Source of the DNA: Guillardia theta CCMP2712
Lineage: Eukaryota > Protista > Cryptophyta
Length of the DNA: 64,000 nt
Assembly: GCF_000315625.1 (NCBI RefSeq)
Contig: NW_005434504.1
Location: 36,617-100,616 of the forward strand
Direction of reading: 5' to 3'
Below the pieces are notes generated by a model, which saw only the letters and a program-made list of their open reading frames with translations, was not told where the DNA came from and made no database searches. Below, piece after piece: positions 51,385 to 61,104 of the stretch (the stretch's first letter is position 1; each line of letters begins with the position of its first letter). The translations under genes and the position numbers were made by a program.

Positions 51385-54222
51385 TCAGCTATGACCCATT
51401 CGTGAGTTTATACTTCGGTTTACAACACGACAAGCGACAGAATCTCCCGAAAGAACCTTGTTCATGATAGCCAAATCAATTAATTTTGACACTTTTCTAA
51501 AGTGCAATGAAAATTTGGATGGTAACAAAGGTGAAATTGGCGGCAACGTTTCAATCAAACGTTGAATTCGTGTTGAACTTTGTCTTTTAACTCCGTCAAA
51601 ATGTAGTCCTTTCTCCTTGTGATTCACTACTAGGACCTCTTTGGATTGGAAACGAACATACAGAAACATTAAGTTGTGAATAACCATAAACTTTGTTAAC
51701 CATACACTCCAAACTTGCGATTGATTTCTCAGCCACCACAGATTGGATATCAATGATGGTATACATGGTGTGTCATGTTGTGCCATACCGCTGGAAGTAT
51801 TCAGTTTAACGAGTAAAGTCCAATTCTGAAATGCCTTCCACACGTGTGGAAAGACTACTGTACCCCATGTGCACGGCAACTGATATAGGTAAAATGTGCT
51901 CATGTTTGGAAGGAAATCGGATGGCTTTCTCGATCCAAACCGCATTCCCTGCGTTTCTCCGACGATTGCATGTTGATCTTGTAGACCGAATCCTGCGATA
52001 TTCTGTTGTGCAATCAAAGGCCCAAAACGATCAAGTGTGATCAGGATGAAACGGAACCATTGGGAACTCAATTCCAAGTCATCCTCCAAAAAAATTCCAA
52101 TCTTAGATGATGAAACATTCCATGAGAAAATCCATTGTTGAAGAAGTCCCATGTGCATCGGTGCAATGTGGACATGAACATGTGGAAACCAAGATGCGAA
52201 ACCCTGAGAGATCCGACATACTTCCTTCCAAAGAGATGTCTCCTGTCCAATCGGGCGATCGATGTGAATTCTAATCTGTACCCACCACCCCTCAAAATCT
52301 GTTTTTGACAAAGATGCAAGGAGGCGCTTCAAAGAAAGAGGCCGGTCCATAGCTAGAATGTTGACAACAAATCCTTGAAATTTCAATCGTGTTGAACGTG
52401 GTAGCCCTGCACTTTTGGGTGAGTTCAAGTCACAATTTAGAACATGTTGATGCGTCCGAACATTGAACCACAGATTTTTCCGTTTCAACCTCTCAATTTT
52501 ACTTTCGACACCCACAAGCCAATTGTTATGAATCACGATTGGAATGTCACCATACTTTATTGGAATATTTTCCTCGAAGTACGCCTTTCCATCCGGAAAC
52601 CAATACTTGGTTAGAAGATTAACAGAAAAGTTGTTATTTGTTGTAAGTAAAATTTGTGAATATTTGTTAATACATTCTTGTTCTGTATACAAACTTGCCT
52701 GATATGATTTATTCAAGGATTGCAGGTGTCGGATCTTTTTCATGTTCTCTTTTTGGCAATGAAGAACAAGCGTCCAAAATTGAACTCCAGTTTTGTCGCC
52801 TTTGATTGCAACCAGTCCTCCAGAAATCTGAGAATTCTTGTGCTCTTGACCTTGCAGAGTAGCATTCAAGCTCAAGTACGGAAATGGATTTTGAACCCAA
52901 AAGGTATCGACGTCTGCTGTCATCACGTTGAAGCCATACTTCAAAAGATGTAAAATAGTCCTTGTTCTGGACGTCATCACAACTTGAAATTCTGGTGAAC
53001 CATACAAGGCACTCTGCACTTGATTCAAGGAAGGTGGAAATGTTGTTTGTTTCAATTCCACCAGCCTCGCATGGCTTAGAACATCTTGTGGAAGAAAGAC
53101 GTAGTTTTCAAGACTGAGTCGTTGCGCGTTGCAAATCCATTGGAGAACATAATCAAAATAGCCAGAACTTGCAGTGATCAAGGCAAGCCAACCCACTTGG
53201 AAAGACTTCCTGGCCAGAGTTAACTCAAGTTGTTGCTTTGTATTTGTGGAAAATGAGAGAAAGCCATGGTAATTGTGTATAGTCATGTCAGAATTTGTCA
53301 CTGTACCTAACTTAAACAAATTACCAATATCATTATGAACAAGTTGTTCATTGTGGAATGCACCTCGCCGCAAACGATGGGGAATCATGTTCTGCTGCGA
53401 TTGAATGTGCATCACGTTTCCTAGCAAGGAAATGTCCACCACAGTGAGGTTTGAGTGCATTAGCGCTTGAAAAAGGAACCAATTATCCCAACGGTATACA
53501 CCAACGATGAACGGAAGAAACTTTTGAACCATCCAAGGGTGAACGGCATGTGAAAGGACAAACAAGTCAATTCCATCAGGTGGGTGCATCAGCCCCGTCA
53601 TGTTGGAGAGGCGATCGATGAATCGAAAATGAGATTCACCACAGAAATCAAGAGGAATGTCCGAGAAATCTGTTCGTCTGCTGACAAGAAAACTTGAATG
53701 AAATTGAAATAGAGAAGCTGTAATGCTCGTCTTCAAATGTGGCATAAGCCACAAATCTCCATTAATGTAGCAAATATGTTTGCCTTTGGCAATACTGCTC
53801 ACATGCTTCCACACAATGTCTAATCGCGGACGATCCTGAATCATAAAACTGTTTATTGCAGAGCATTTTACTCGCGTCATCGATGGAATCCGCTGTTTGT
53901 AAACGCGACAGGTGTCATCTGAATCAGTCCAAATCCACAAAAAATCTTTGTAAAATGTCTCGATCCAATTGTCTATCAATAAACGTTTCAAACAAAGATC
54001 CTCAGGGTTTGCGCTCAACCCTTTCCAAATCGAAAATACAACAAGTGAATAATTCCGCACCTCGAGAGAGGGTACATGACGCAAAGTGGCAGGTATTGCT
54101 CGAAATCGAAATGAAAGATACCAAAAGGACAAGGTCGTCATACAATGGATAATTGTGAGACTACACCATAATCTACGACATCTATCCTGATTTGGGACCT
54201 TCCGATCAACAGCGCGACCCAT
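51385..54222 (-). CDS. Multidomain glycosyltransferase (GT-A-like + nucleotide-diphospho-sugar transferase/GT77-like + GT-A-like)
   Basis: N-terminal TM; YINGD..GIDLF..WDNW; TADVDTFWVQNP..EQ..IHNNW..K; MDRPLSLKRLLASL..FLEDDLELS. Confidence 0.8.
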   Translation of the reverse strand: MGRAVDRKVPNQDRCRRLWCSLTIIHCMTTLSFWYLSFRFRAIPATLRHVPSLEVRNYSLVVFSIWKGLSANPEDLCLKRLLIDNWIETFYKDFLWIWTDSDDTCRVYKQRIPSMTRVKCSAINSFMIQDRPRLDIVWKHVSSIAKGKHICYINGDLWLMPHLKTSITASLFQFHSSFLVSRRTDFSDIPLDFCGESHFRFIDRLSNMTGLMHPPDGIDLFVLSHAVHPWMVQKFLPFIVGVYRWDNWFLFQALMHSNLTVVDISLLGNVMHIQSQQNMIPHRLRRGAFHNEQLVHNDIGNLFKLGTVTNSDMTIHNYHGFLSFSTNTKQQLELTLARKSFQVGWLALITASSGYFDYVLQWICNAQRLSLENYVFLPQDVLSHARLVELKQTTFPPSLNQVQSALYGSPEFQVVMTSRTRTILHLLKYGFNVMTADVDTFWVQNPFPYLSLNATLQGQEHKNSQISGGLVAIKGDKTGVQFWTLVLHCQKENMKKIRHLQSLNKSYQASLYTEQECINKYSQILLTTNNNFSVNLLTKYWFPDGKAYFEENIPIKYGDIPIVIHNNWLVGVESKIERLKRKNLWFNVRTHQHVLNCDLNSPKSAGLPRSTRLKFQGFVVNILAMDRPLSLKRLLASLSKTDFEGWWVQIRIHIDRPIGQETSLWKEVCRISQGFASWFPHVHVHIAPMHMGLLQQWIFSWNVSSSKIGIFLEDDLELSSQWFRFILITLDRFGPLIAQQNIAGFGLQDQHAIVGETQGMRFGSRKPSDFLPNMSTFYLYQLPCTWGTVVFPHVWKAFQNWTLLVKLNTSSGMAQHDTPCIPSLISNLWWLRNQSQVWSVWLTKFMVIHNLMFLYVRFQSKEVLVVNHKEKGLHFDGVKRQSSTRIQRLIETLPPISPLLPSKFSLHFRKVSKLIDLAIMNKVLSGDSVACRVVNRSINSRMGHS

Positions 54223-55434
54223 TGCACGGGATTATGTAAGGAGCTGCTGAGGCATTATTATTTAGGGGGCTTATGGGCTTTAGCCCTGATTTATCTATAG
54301 GAGGAAGCTCCTGGAACCGAGGTATATCTTAAGTTTTTGAGTAAAGATTTACTTAATTCCTTACTTCAAAAACTTCAAAACATTTCCAAGTGTGGCGCAA
54401 TGGCGGCGTTATGGACGCTTTGTATCGGTTTCTGCTAGCCGAGATATGCCCGATCAAGTCCCCGGAGAGCCATGGGCGATCAGCGGGTGAAGCGGGACTT
54501 TGCGGCGTAGCAGAGACCCAACGAGGACAAGATTGCAGCGCCTATCGCCTGCAATACACGCGCGGGGCCCGCAGCTTTCGATTGAGCCTAAGATCACCTC
54601 CATCCGACCAGTATTAGCCGAGTTCGCGCCGCCGCCCTAGGAGTCGGCGGGGAAGCGTGAAGATAATAGCAAATGATGTTTATTCCTGGACGCTGCGGGT
54701 AAGAGGTGCAGAACAGCGCGGGCGCACAGGGTTTCCGCCTTTGGTTAGTTTGATATAACACATGTGGATCTCAATCTGGAATTAATGAGCTATTTTGCAA
54801 TTGCAAGTATTTTGAACTTCGTTTTGATCGTTGGATCTCAATTCCATCCATCGTACGATTGTAATTCGTTTCCCAGCCCCTAGTGGCCTACCTCTCTAGC
54901 TGCCTGTGCGACCCGGGCTACCCGGACTAGTAAACCACCGCTGCCAAAATCTGCAGCATCTGCCCGGCGGGGGGCTCCCAAACGGAAGCATATCATCGAT
55001 GACTTCATCAAGGTACATGGATATACAGACAAACCAATCCGTATCCACTGGCATGGGTCGTATCCGGAGGATGTCTATAAACGCCTTAGGTCTTGAACAT
55101 GACGAATTTTCGTCGGTCCCCAACGCTGGTCAGTGCAGTCGTACGTCTCACACAGGACAACTCGGACCTGGGGACTTCGACCCATGCTCAAATTCCGGAA
55201 TAGTTGCTCCAACGTCGTCCATTGCGACGTTTAGCGGCGTACAGGGACTCGAGCAGATGGGAGGCAAATCAGTCACCATCAACCGATGGAGCAACTATTC
55301 CGGAATTTAGGTTGTATTTGAAAATTTCATTTTCATTTCGGTTATCACTGAACAAGTTACAGTCTTGAAAACCTTTTGTACAGCAACCTGAAAGTCAGCA
55401 AGGGAATACCTCCATCTTGGTTGATGTTGAGAAT

Positions 55435-56490
55435 TTACACCCAAGAATGAGCACGAATCCCGTGCCCACGAAGTCTCCCGAACAGTTCATAACTCTGCAC
55501 AATGTTGTTCGAGGATTGACGTCCCCAACCCCGGTATTGCATCGGATTTCCTCCAGTATGATGCTCCCAATAGAATTCATCAATTAAACCAAGAGCTATA
55601 GAATCGTTAAGCAGATCATGAACCAATCTCTCTTCCATAGCAACATTATCAATATCCAATTTCACCACAACAAAGTCACTTCGTCGACTTAGCTTGCGAA
55701 TGAACCTCCATGGATTGTATTTTGAATTGTGATCTGCATTTACGCCGATATTGTAGTAATGCATTGCGACCAATACTTCAAATGGCAGGTCTTCAAAGAT
55801 TTTTTGAGGATGATGTACAGTCAACTCCCAGCTATATATTTGGTCAAAAATTATCCCAACATTTCTATATTCCTCGACAAACCATGATTGACTTGCTCCA
55901 CCTGCACCTGAATAATACAGGCTTGCTCCAATATCAAACAGGAAACTCTTGGCATGCTTGCCCAGCAACTGACTGATCTGTCCACTCGACATTGTCAACA
56001 TGTAATTTTTGTCCACGTTATATTTTCCAGTATCATCGAAACATACATGAAGAGGGTGACGGAGAAACCCCACGAGGGGTTCAATTGGTATTTGGAGGAT
56101 TGTTGTCCCATCTGAAGACATGTATTCATGATAAGAAAATACATCTAATATCGACTGATTCCGTACCTCATTAAAATTGGGGTTTGCCAGCGAAGTCTGC
56201 CGAGAAAAATAGTAGTGAACCCACTGAAACACACGAGATGAAGCAACTTTCATCAGCTCACAACCAGTTGTCCAAGAACGATCGTCCGTTTGAACAGCAC
56301 GTATTCGCATGCGCCACTCGGATTCCCATCGCGATTCTACATAGTTCCTAAAAATATATCCGTTTTGACCAACCGACAGGTTTTTCTCAGTCAGACTGAA
56401 TTGTGAGTGGAAACAGAGCGAGTAAAGAACAAGCCAATAAGCAATGGCGACAAGCAACAAAACAACAATCGCTGAGACAAAAAACTTCAT
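55435..56490 (-). CDS. FkbM/Methyltransf_21-like methyltransferase with signal anchor
   Basis: FDIGAS, DFVVVKLDID and LIDEFYWEHH motifs. Confidence 0.7.
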   Translation of the reverse strand: MKFFVSAIVVLLLVAIAYWLVLYSLCFHSQFSLTEKNLSVGQNGYIFRNYVESRWESEWRMRIRAVQTDDRSWTTGCELMKVASSRVFQWVHYYFSRQTSLANPNFNEVRNQSILDVFSYHEYMSSDGTTILQIPIEPLVGFLRHPLHVCFDDTGKYNVDKNYMLTMSSGQISQLLGKHAKSFLFDIGASLYYSGAGGASQSWFVEEYRNVGIIFDQIYSWELTVHHPQKIFEDLPFEVLVAMHYYNIGVNADHNSKYNPWRFIRKLSRRSDFVVVKLDIDNVAMEERLVHDLLNDSIALGLIDEFYWEHHTGGNPMQYRGWGRQSSNNIVQSYELFGRLRGHGIRAHSWV

Positions 56491-56749
56491 TGTTCTTTGT
56501 AATCAGTGAGGCCGGACGTTAGCGCAAGGGGTGCAGAATAAAATGTATTTGTTTTCCCTCACAATTTCTCAAAAACGTGGCATTAGCGGTTAGGAAAATT
56601 TGAATAATATTCCGTAACGGCTATTTCTGGGGGAAAACAATACAAGGACTGGATCTCGCAGGGCGCTTCAAGATTCTTTCACTAAGTCAAAAAAAGAGGA
56701 GAGAATTCGATATATATTAATATTAAAGAGAGTAACTGGTACAAATAAG

Positions 56750-57148
56750 TGTACCGCATATATATGTAATTTACTCAATTATCAGTACTGATCGCCGGTA
56801 CAAATTAGTACCAGAGTTTTGAACCTTACGCATTTCAAACGATCACGCCAACAATGCGTGCAAGGTACTGAAACTATGCATGTTTCGCGATAAATGTGTC
56901 CATCAACTGCAATTTTTTCAAAGCCATTCATGTTCACCTTCAAGTTCATCATCTACACACACATTTGTACCGCATATATATGTAATTTACTCAATTATCA
57001 GTACTGATCGCCGGTACAAATTAGTACCAGAGTTTTGAACCTTACGCATTTCAAACGATCACGCCAACAATGCGTGCAAGGTACTGAAACTATGCATGTT
57101 TCGCGATAAATGTGTCCATCAACTGCAATTTTTTCAAAGCCATTCATG
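56750..57148. repeat. 183-bp perfect direct repeat (56750-56932 and 56966-57148)
   Basis: Two identical copies separated by 33 bp. Confidence 0.95.
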
Positions 57149-57719
57149 CCTCCCTTGACCCCCCTGTTTCTCGACGGATCCTGCCGGCCGGGCCCGGCAA
57201 TCAAGACATCTTAAGCCTTGAACACCGTCGAGAGTCTCCACTTCTGAGATTTGCAGAGTGTGTTGATTTCTTGATGCGTGGGATTAGTTTTTGAGCGTTC
57301 ATCTAGCTGTGATGTCGGACATTTGAACCGTCAACACAGTATGCACACATGTATTATTTGTTCTATTGTGAAATAAAGTGATATCAGTCTTGCATTCGAG
57401 GCCATGCTAAAGAGCATTTCTGTATCTTCTTTCATTTCACATAAATGCAGAATGCATGCAAGGGTTGAATGATGATGAAAACATCGCTTCCCCTGTAGAC
57501 CATTCCGACTCACTGTAAGCTTGGGATCGACATCACAAGTGGTAGTGATCTGATTGCAGAAATCTTTATACATTCATGAGGTATCATTCTTTGCAACAAT
57601 CTAATTACAATGACAACCGCAAGTAGCATCAAATACATGCGCAATGGTCAGCACAATAAGCCTCACATTGGTTTCTTCGTTGTGCCTGCATAGCAGAGAT
57701 ACATCAAAAAGTTGCAAAT

Positions 57720-60008
57720 TGTTAGGATATGCTCCTAAACTATGATTCAAATAACAGTGCGAGTGATGCGCAGCAGTTCCTTCAAGAAACAAACAGTATC
57801 TACAATCGGTAAACCATGCACGTGAAGTTTATTCTTTCTCAATTTTCCTTAAATATAGAGGATTAGCTAAACCAGGAATCTGCCTCAGATACCTCAAAAT
57901 AAAGTAAGTAAAGTTAAGCACAATAAATCCTATCATTCGCTCCCACTAGCACAACAATTGAGAATCTTCTTCACATTGTCTTCGCTGCAAAGATCAACGA
58001 ATCAACAAATTAAAATCTCGAATCATCTTCTTCAATGCATCCGTGGTAAATTCACGAGAATGCAACCAAGAATTGTCTGAAGACTGATCGTACCCTTTCC
58101 ATTTGACCAAATATTGCACTCGATTACCTTTTCCACGACGTGCTAAAATTCGTTCAACTTCGTAATAGTCTCCGTCTTGTTGAATCAATGGCAATGGAGG
58201 TGCCACCGAATTTTCCAAATCAACGTCACGAACGTAATACGGTCTGAGCTTCGACACATTGAAAACCGTTTTCTTCAAATGCTGAAACCTTGCTGTGAAT
58301 TCCAATCGAACTGAACTATCCGAAACTTTCTCCTGTATCTTGAAAGGACCAATGAAACGCAACTTCATCTTTGCCACTGTTTCTGGTAACTTCAGATCCC
58401 GCGTTGAGAGCATCACCATTTCATCGACCTTGTAATCTCGCAGTTTGCGATGCTGCTTCATCAATTTTTCTGTTTGAATTGCTGACAACGTCAATGCATC
58501 TCTTGCGATGTCGATTGCAGCCAAAATTTCATTTCTTACCTCTTCGACGTCCTCTTCTTGACCGTCTGGTGACAAATCGACCACTGTTCGAACATCACGA
58601 CCATAAATAATCTGAAATGGAGTGAGATTTGTAGAATTCCTGACTGTCGAGTTCCAAATTGTCTCCAAATGAATCAAATGATTGTCCCATAATTTTGCAT
58701 CGTGCTTCAAACAAAAGATACGCAACGCTTCAACAATCACACTGTTGAACTTCTCCACTCTGCCTTGTGCCTGAGGGTAATAAACGCTGCTGTGTTTCAC
58801 GTCCACGCTCATGAGTCGAAACAATTCTTCCCAAAACTGAGATGAGAACAATGAGCCATTGTCTGAGACGATTGTCTTGCAAATACCTTGAGCTCGGTAA
58901 ACAGTTTCAAAATAAGCCTTAGCCGCTTGCTTTGAATTGATTGATTTCTTACAAGGATACAGAAATACTCTGTTCGAAAATTGATCAAGGAATACAAGCA
59001 CGCTATCATTTCCTCTCTTCGACACTGGTAACGCTGAAAGCAAATCCACAGTGATCTTTTCAAACCTTTCCCGAGGAACCAAATGACTATGCGGAACTCC
59101 TGCTGATCGTTGCTTGTAAGACTTTGCCTGTAGACATTCCGAACACGAGTTAACGTAATTTGTCACGTCCCGAACCATGGTGGGCCAAAAAGCTAACTGA
59201 CTAGCCTTCAACAAAGTTTTCGTTCTTCCCACATGGCATGAATCATCATGAATTAGTCGTAGAAACTTTGATCGCGTGTGGTATGGAATACAAATTCGCT
59301 GTCGTCCTGAAGAATCCGTAAAAAACAAGAAGCCGTCTTTCAACATATAACTTCGCACTTGCATCGGAACCACATTATTCTGTCGCAAGTCCTGCAAAAT
59401 CTGTGCAAAGTATTTGTCACCTTCGTAATTCTTCTTGATGTCATCAGCCAGCAAATTGTCCTGCGTCAGCGAATTGACATGTACCGTCTGTTCATGCATC
59501 TCCCCCTTCCAAGATTCAGACCTGATAACACACAACAAAGTCGGATCCAAGTTGACAAGATCTGCACGTTGTTCAATCTCCTCCTGCAACTGCTTGTGCT
59601 CTTCGATTACCGAAGAATCTCCAGGTCGAGACAAATAATCAGCAACCACATTCTGCTCTCCCGGAATATACGAAATCTCTTCAAGATCAAAGTCCGCTAG
59701 GATTTGACTCCATCTGAACAGCCTTCCTGTCAACACCTTCTGACTCAACAAGTATTGCAAACTCTTGTATTGCAAACTCTCGCCTACCAAAATGTTAGGA
59801 TATGCTCCTAAACTATGATTCAAATAACAGTGCGAGTGATGCGCAGCAGTTCCTTCAAGAAACAAACAGTATCTACAATCGGTAAACCATGCACGTGAAG
59901 TTTATTCTTTCTCAATTTTCCTTAAATATAGAGGATTAGCTAAACCAGGAATCTGCCTCAGATACCTCAAAATAAAGTAAGTAAAGTTAAGCACAATAAA
60001 TCCTATCA
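57720..60008 (-). mobile_element. Internally deleted Ty3/gypsy chromovirus LTR retrotransposon with a 5-bp TSD
   Basis: Identical 216-bp TG...CA LTRs at 57720-57935 and 59793-60008; CAAAT on both sides (57715-57719 and 60009-60013); TGG-type PBS-like sequence and a purine-rich tract at the expected positions. Confidence 0.95.
57994..59790 (-). CDS. RNase H tail + integrase (HHCC, DDE) + chromodomain
   Basis: YIPGEQNVVADYLSR; HDDSCHVG..CSEC; ITVDL..SDNG..GRVEK; YEVERIL..YLVKWKGY. Confidence 0.9.
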   Translation of the reverse strand: MVGESLQYKSLQYLLSQKVLTGRLFRWSQILADFDLEEISYIPGEQNVVADYLSRPGDSSVIEEHKQLQEEIEQRADLVNLDPTLLCVIRSESWKGEMHEQTVHVNSLTQDNLLADDIKKNYEGDKYFAQILQDLRQNNVVPMQVRSYMLKDGFLFFTDSSGRQRICIPYHTRSKFLRLIHDDSCHVGRTKTLLKASQLAFWPTMVRDVTNYVNSCSECLQAKSYKQRSAGVPHSHLVPRERFEKITVDLLSALPVSKRGNDSVLVFLDQFSNRVFLYPCKKSINSKQAAKAYFETVYRAQGICKTIVSDNGSLFSSQFWEELFRLMSVDVKHSSVYYPQAQGRVEKFNSVIVEALRIFCLKHDAKLWDNHLIHLETIWNSTVRNSTNLTPFQIIYGRDVRTVVDLSPDGQEEDVEEVRNEILAAIDIARDALTLSAIQTEKLMKQHRKLRDYKVDEMVMLSTRDLKLPETVAKMKLRFIGPFKIQEKVSDSSVRLEFTARFQHLKKTVFNVSKLRPYYVRDVDLENSVAPPLPLIQQDGDYYEVERILARRGKGNRVQYLVKWKGYDQSSDNSWLHSREFTTDALKKMIRDFNLLIR

Positions 60009-61104
60009 CAAATAAACCTAATTATGCACAATGTATGCTTGTAGCTCTAGTAAGCCACATGGATTGCTATACGATTCTCATCCTGTGGTTGAAACAGACT
60101 TTCCATGTCGCCACAGCTACGTGGAGCATGTTGATCCTTGAGCATTTTGAATGCATGCTCAAGCAGAAATAATGTGAAGATGTTGCTTTTGAGGATCTGA
60201 ACTGCAAATACTTGAATGTTTCTAGCATATTTTCAAGATTGGAGTGCATGAAAGCACCTCATTTGCAAACTGATGGTGCAGCATTGTAAACCATACTTCC
60301 TCTCTGAATCCTCGTACATACGGCTCTCATGCTTGAAACAACGAATAAGAGAGCAGAAAAGGTGTATTCATCTTTTGCAATGTATTCTAAAGACATCTTC
60401 ATTCCTAGACAGCTTTCTCTGTCATGCAGTCATGTAAGAGAAGCGGAATTCAAAACTTTCTTTCAAAGTCAGAGACTAAGAAAAGGTCTTAGTCTATCTA
60501 CATGGATACATTAGACGATTAAATTCTCATCCACATTCAAGCAGCAATAGATTCGAAGCCTCTCACCATGATGACTTGTCGTTGCATGCGGGTGAAGGAT
60601 CAATCAGCCATCTCTTGCTTGCCCAGGGAGGGGGGATTTGGGGAAAGGAGAGTGGAGATAGCACCCTACCCCCTATTTCCCAATTTCAAACTCTTGAATC
60701 AAAGGGTAGATTTGTATTCTTTGCTAGCTACCCACCCCGCCTTTCGTAAAGGTGATGAAGGGGAACCGGGGGTATTGGCGTGGTGAGCTCCAACGGCAAT
60801 CGAAATGCCTTCTTTTCCATTAGCACCCCCACGTACCGTGATACAGTGAAATGCACGGGTATGAGAGAATCTTTCGGTCCTCTACCCCTCCAGACAAAGG
60901 AAGTCACTAGGGTGGAGGCTGATTCGAGACGCCTGTCGAAACCACTTTAAAAGAATAGTACAGACTGTACCAGAGGCACTTCATCCGTACATAGATGTGT
61001 ACGATTGAAGCGCTGACTAAACAATTAAAATGAAGTGCTTCAAAAAGTAAGGCGGGGGACAGGGTACCACGCCAGTATAATTCAAATCACCCAATCAAGA
61101 AAAC

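Noticed and set aside
54240-55310. Short ORFs between the GT and methyltransferase genes, and broken frames at 57300-57700 and 60010-60560
   Set aside because: No recognisable motifs or supportable gene model.
56750-57148. TRIM-type mini LTR element
   Set aside because: TG..CA-like ends are possible, but there is no TSD, PBS or PPT; treated as a simple duplication.
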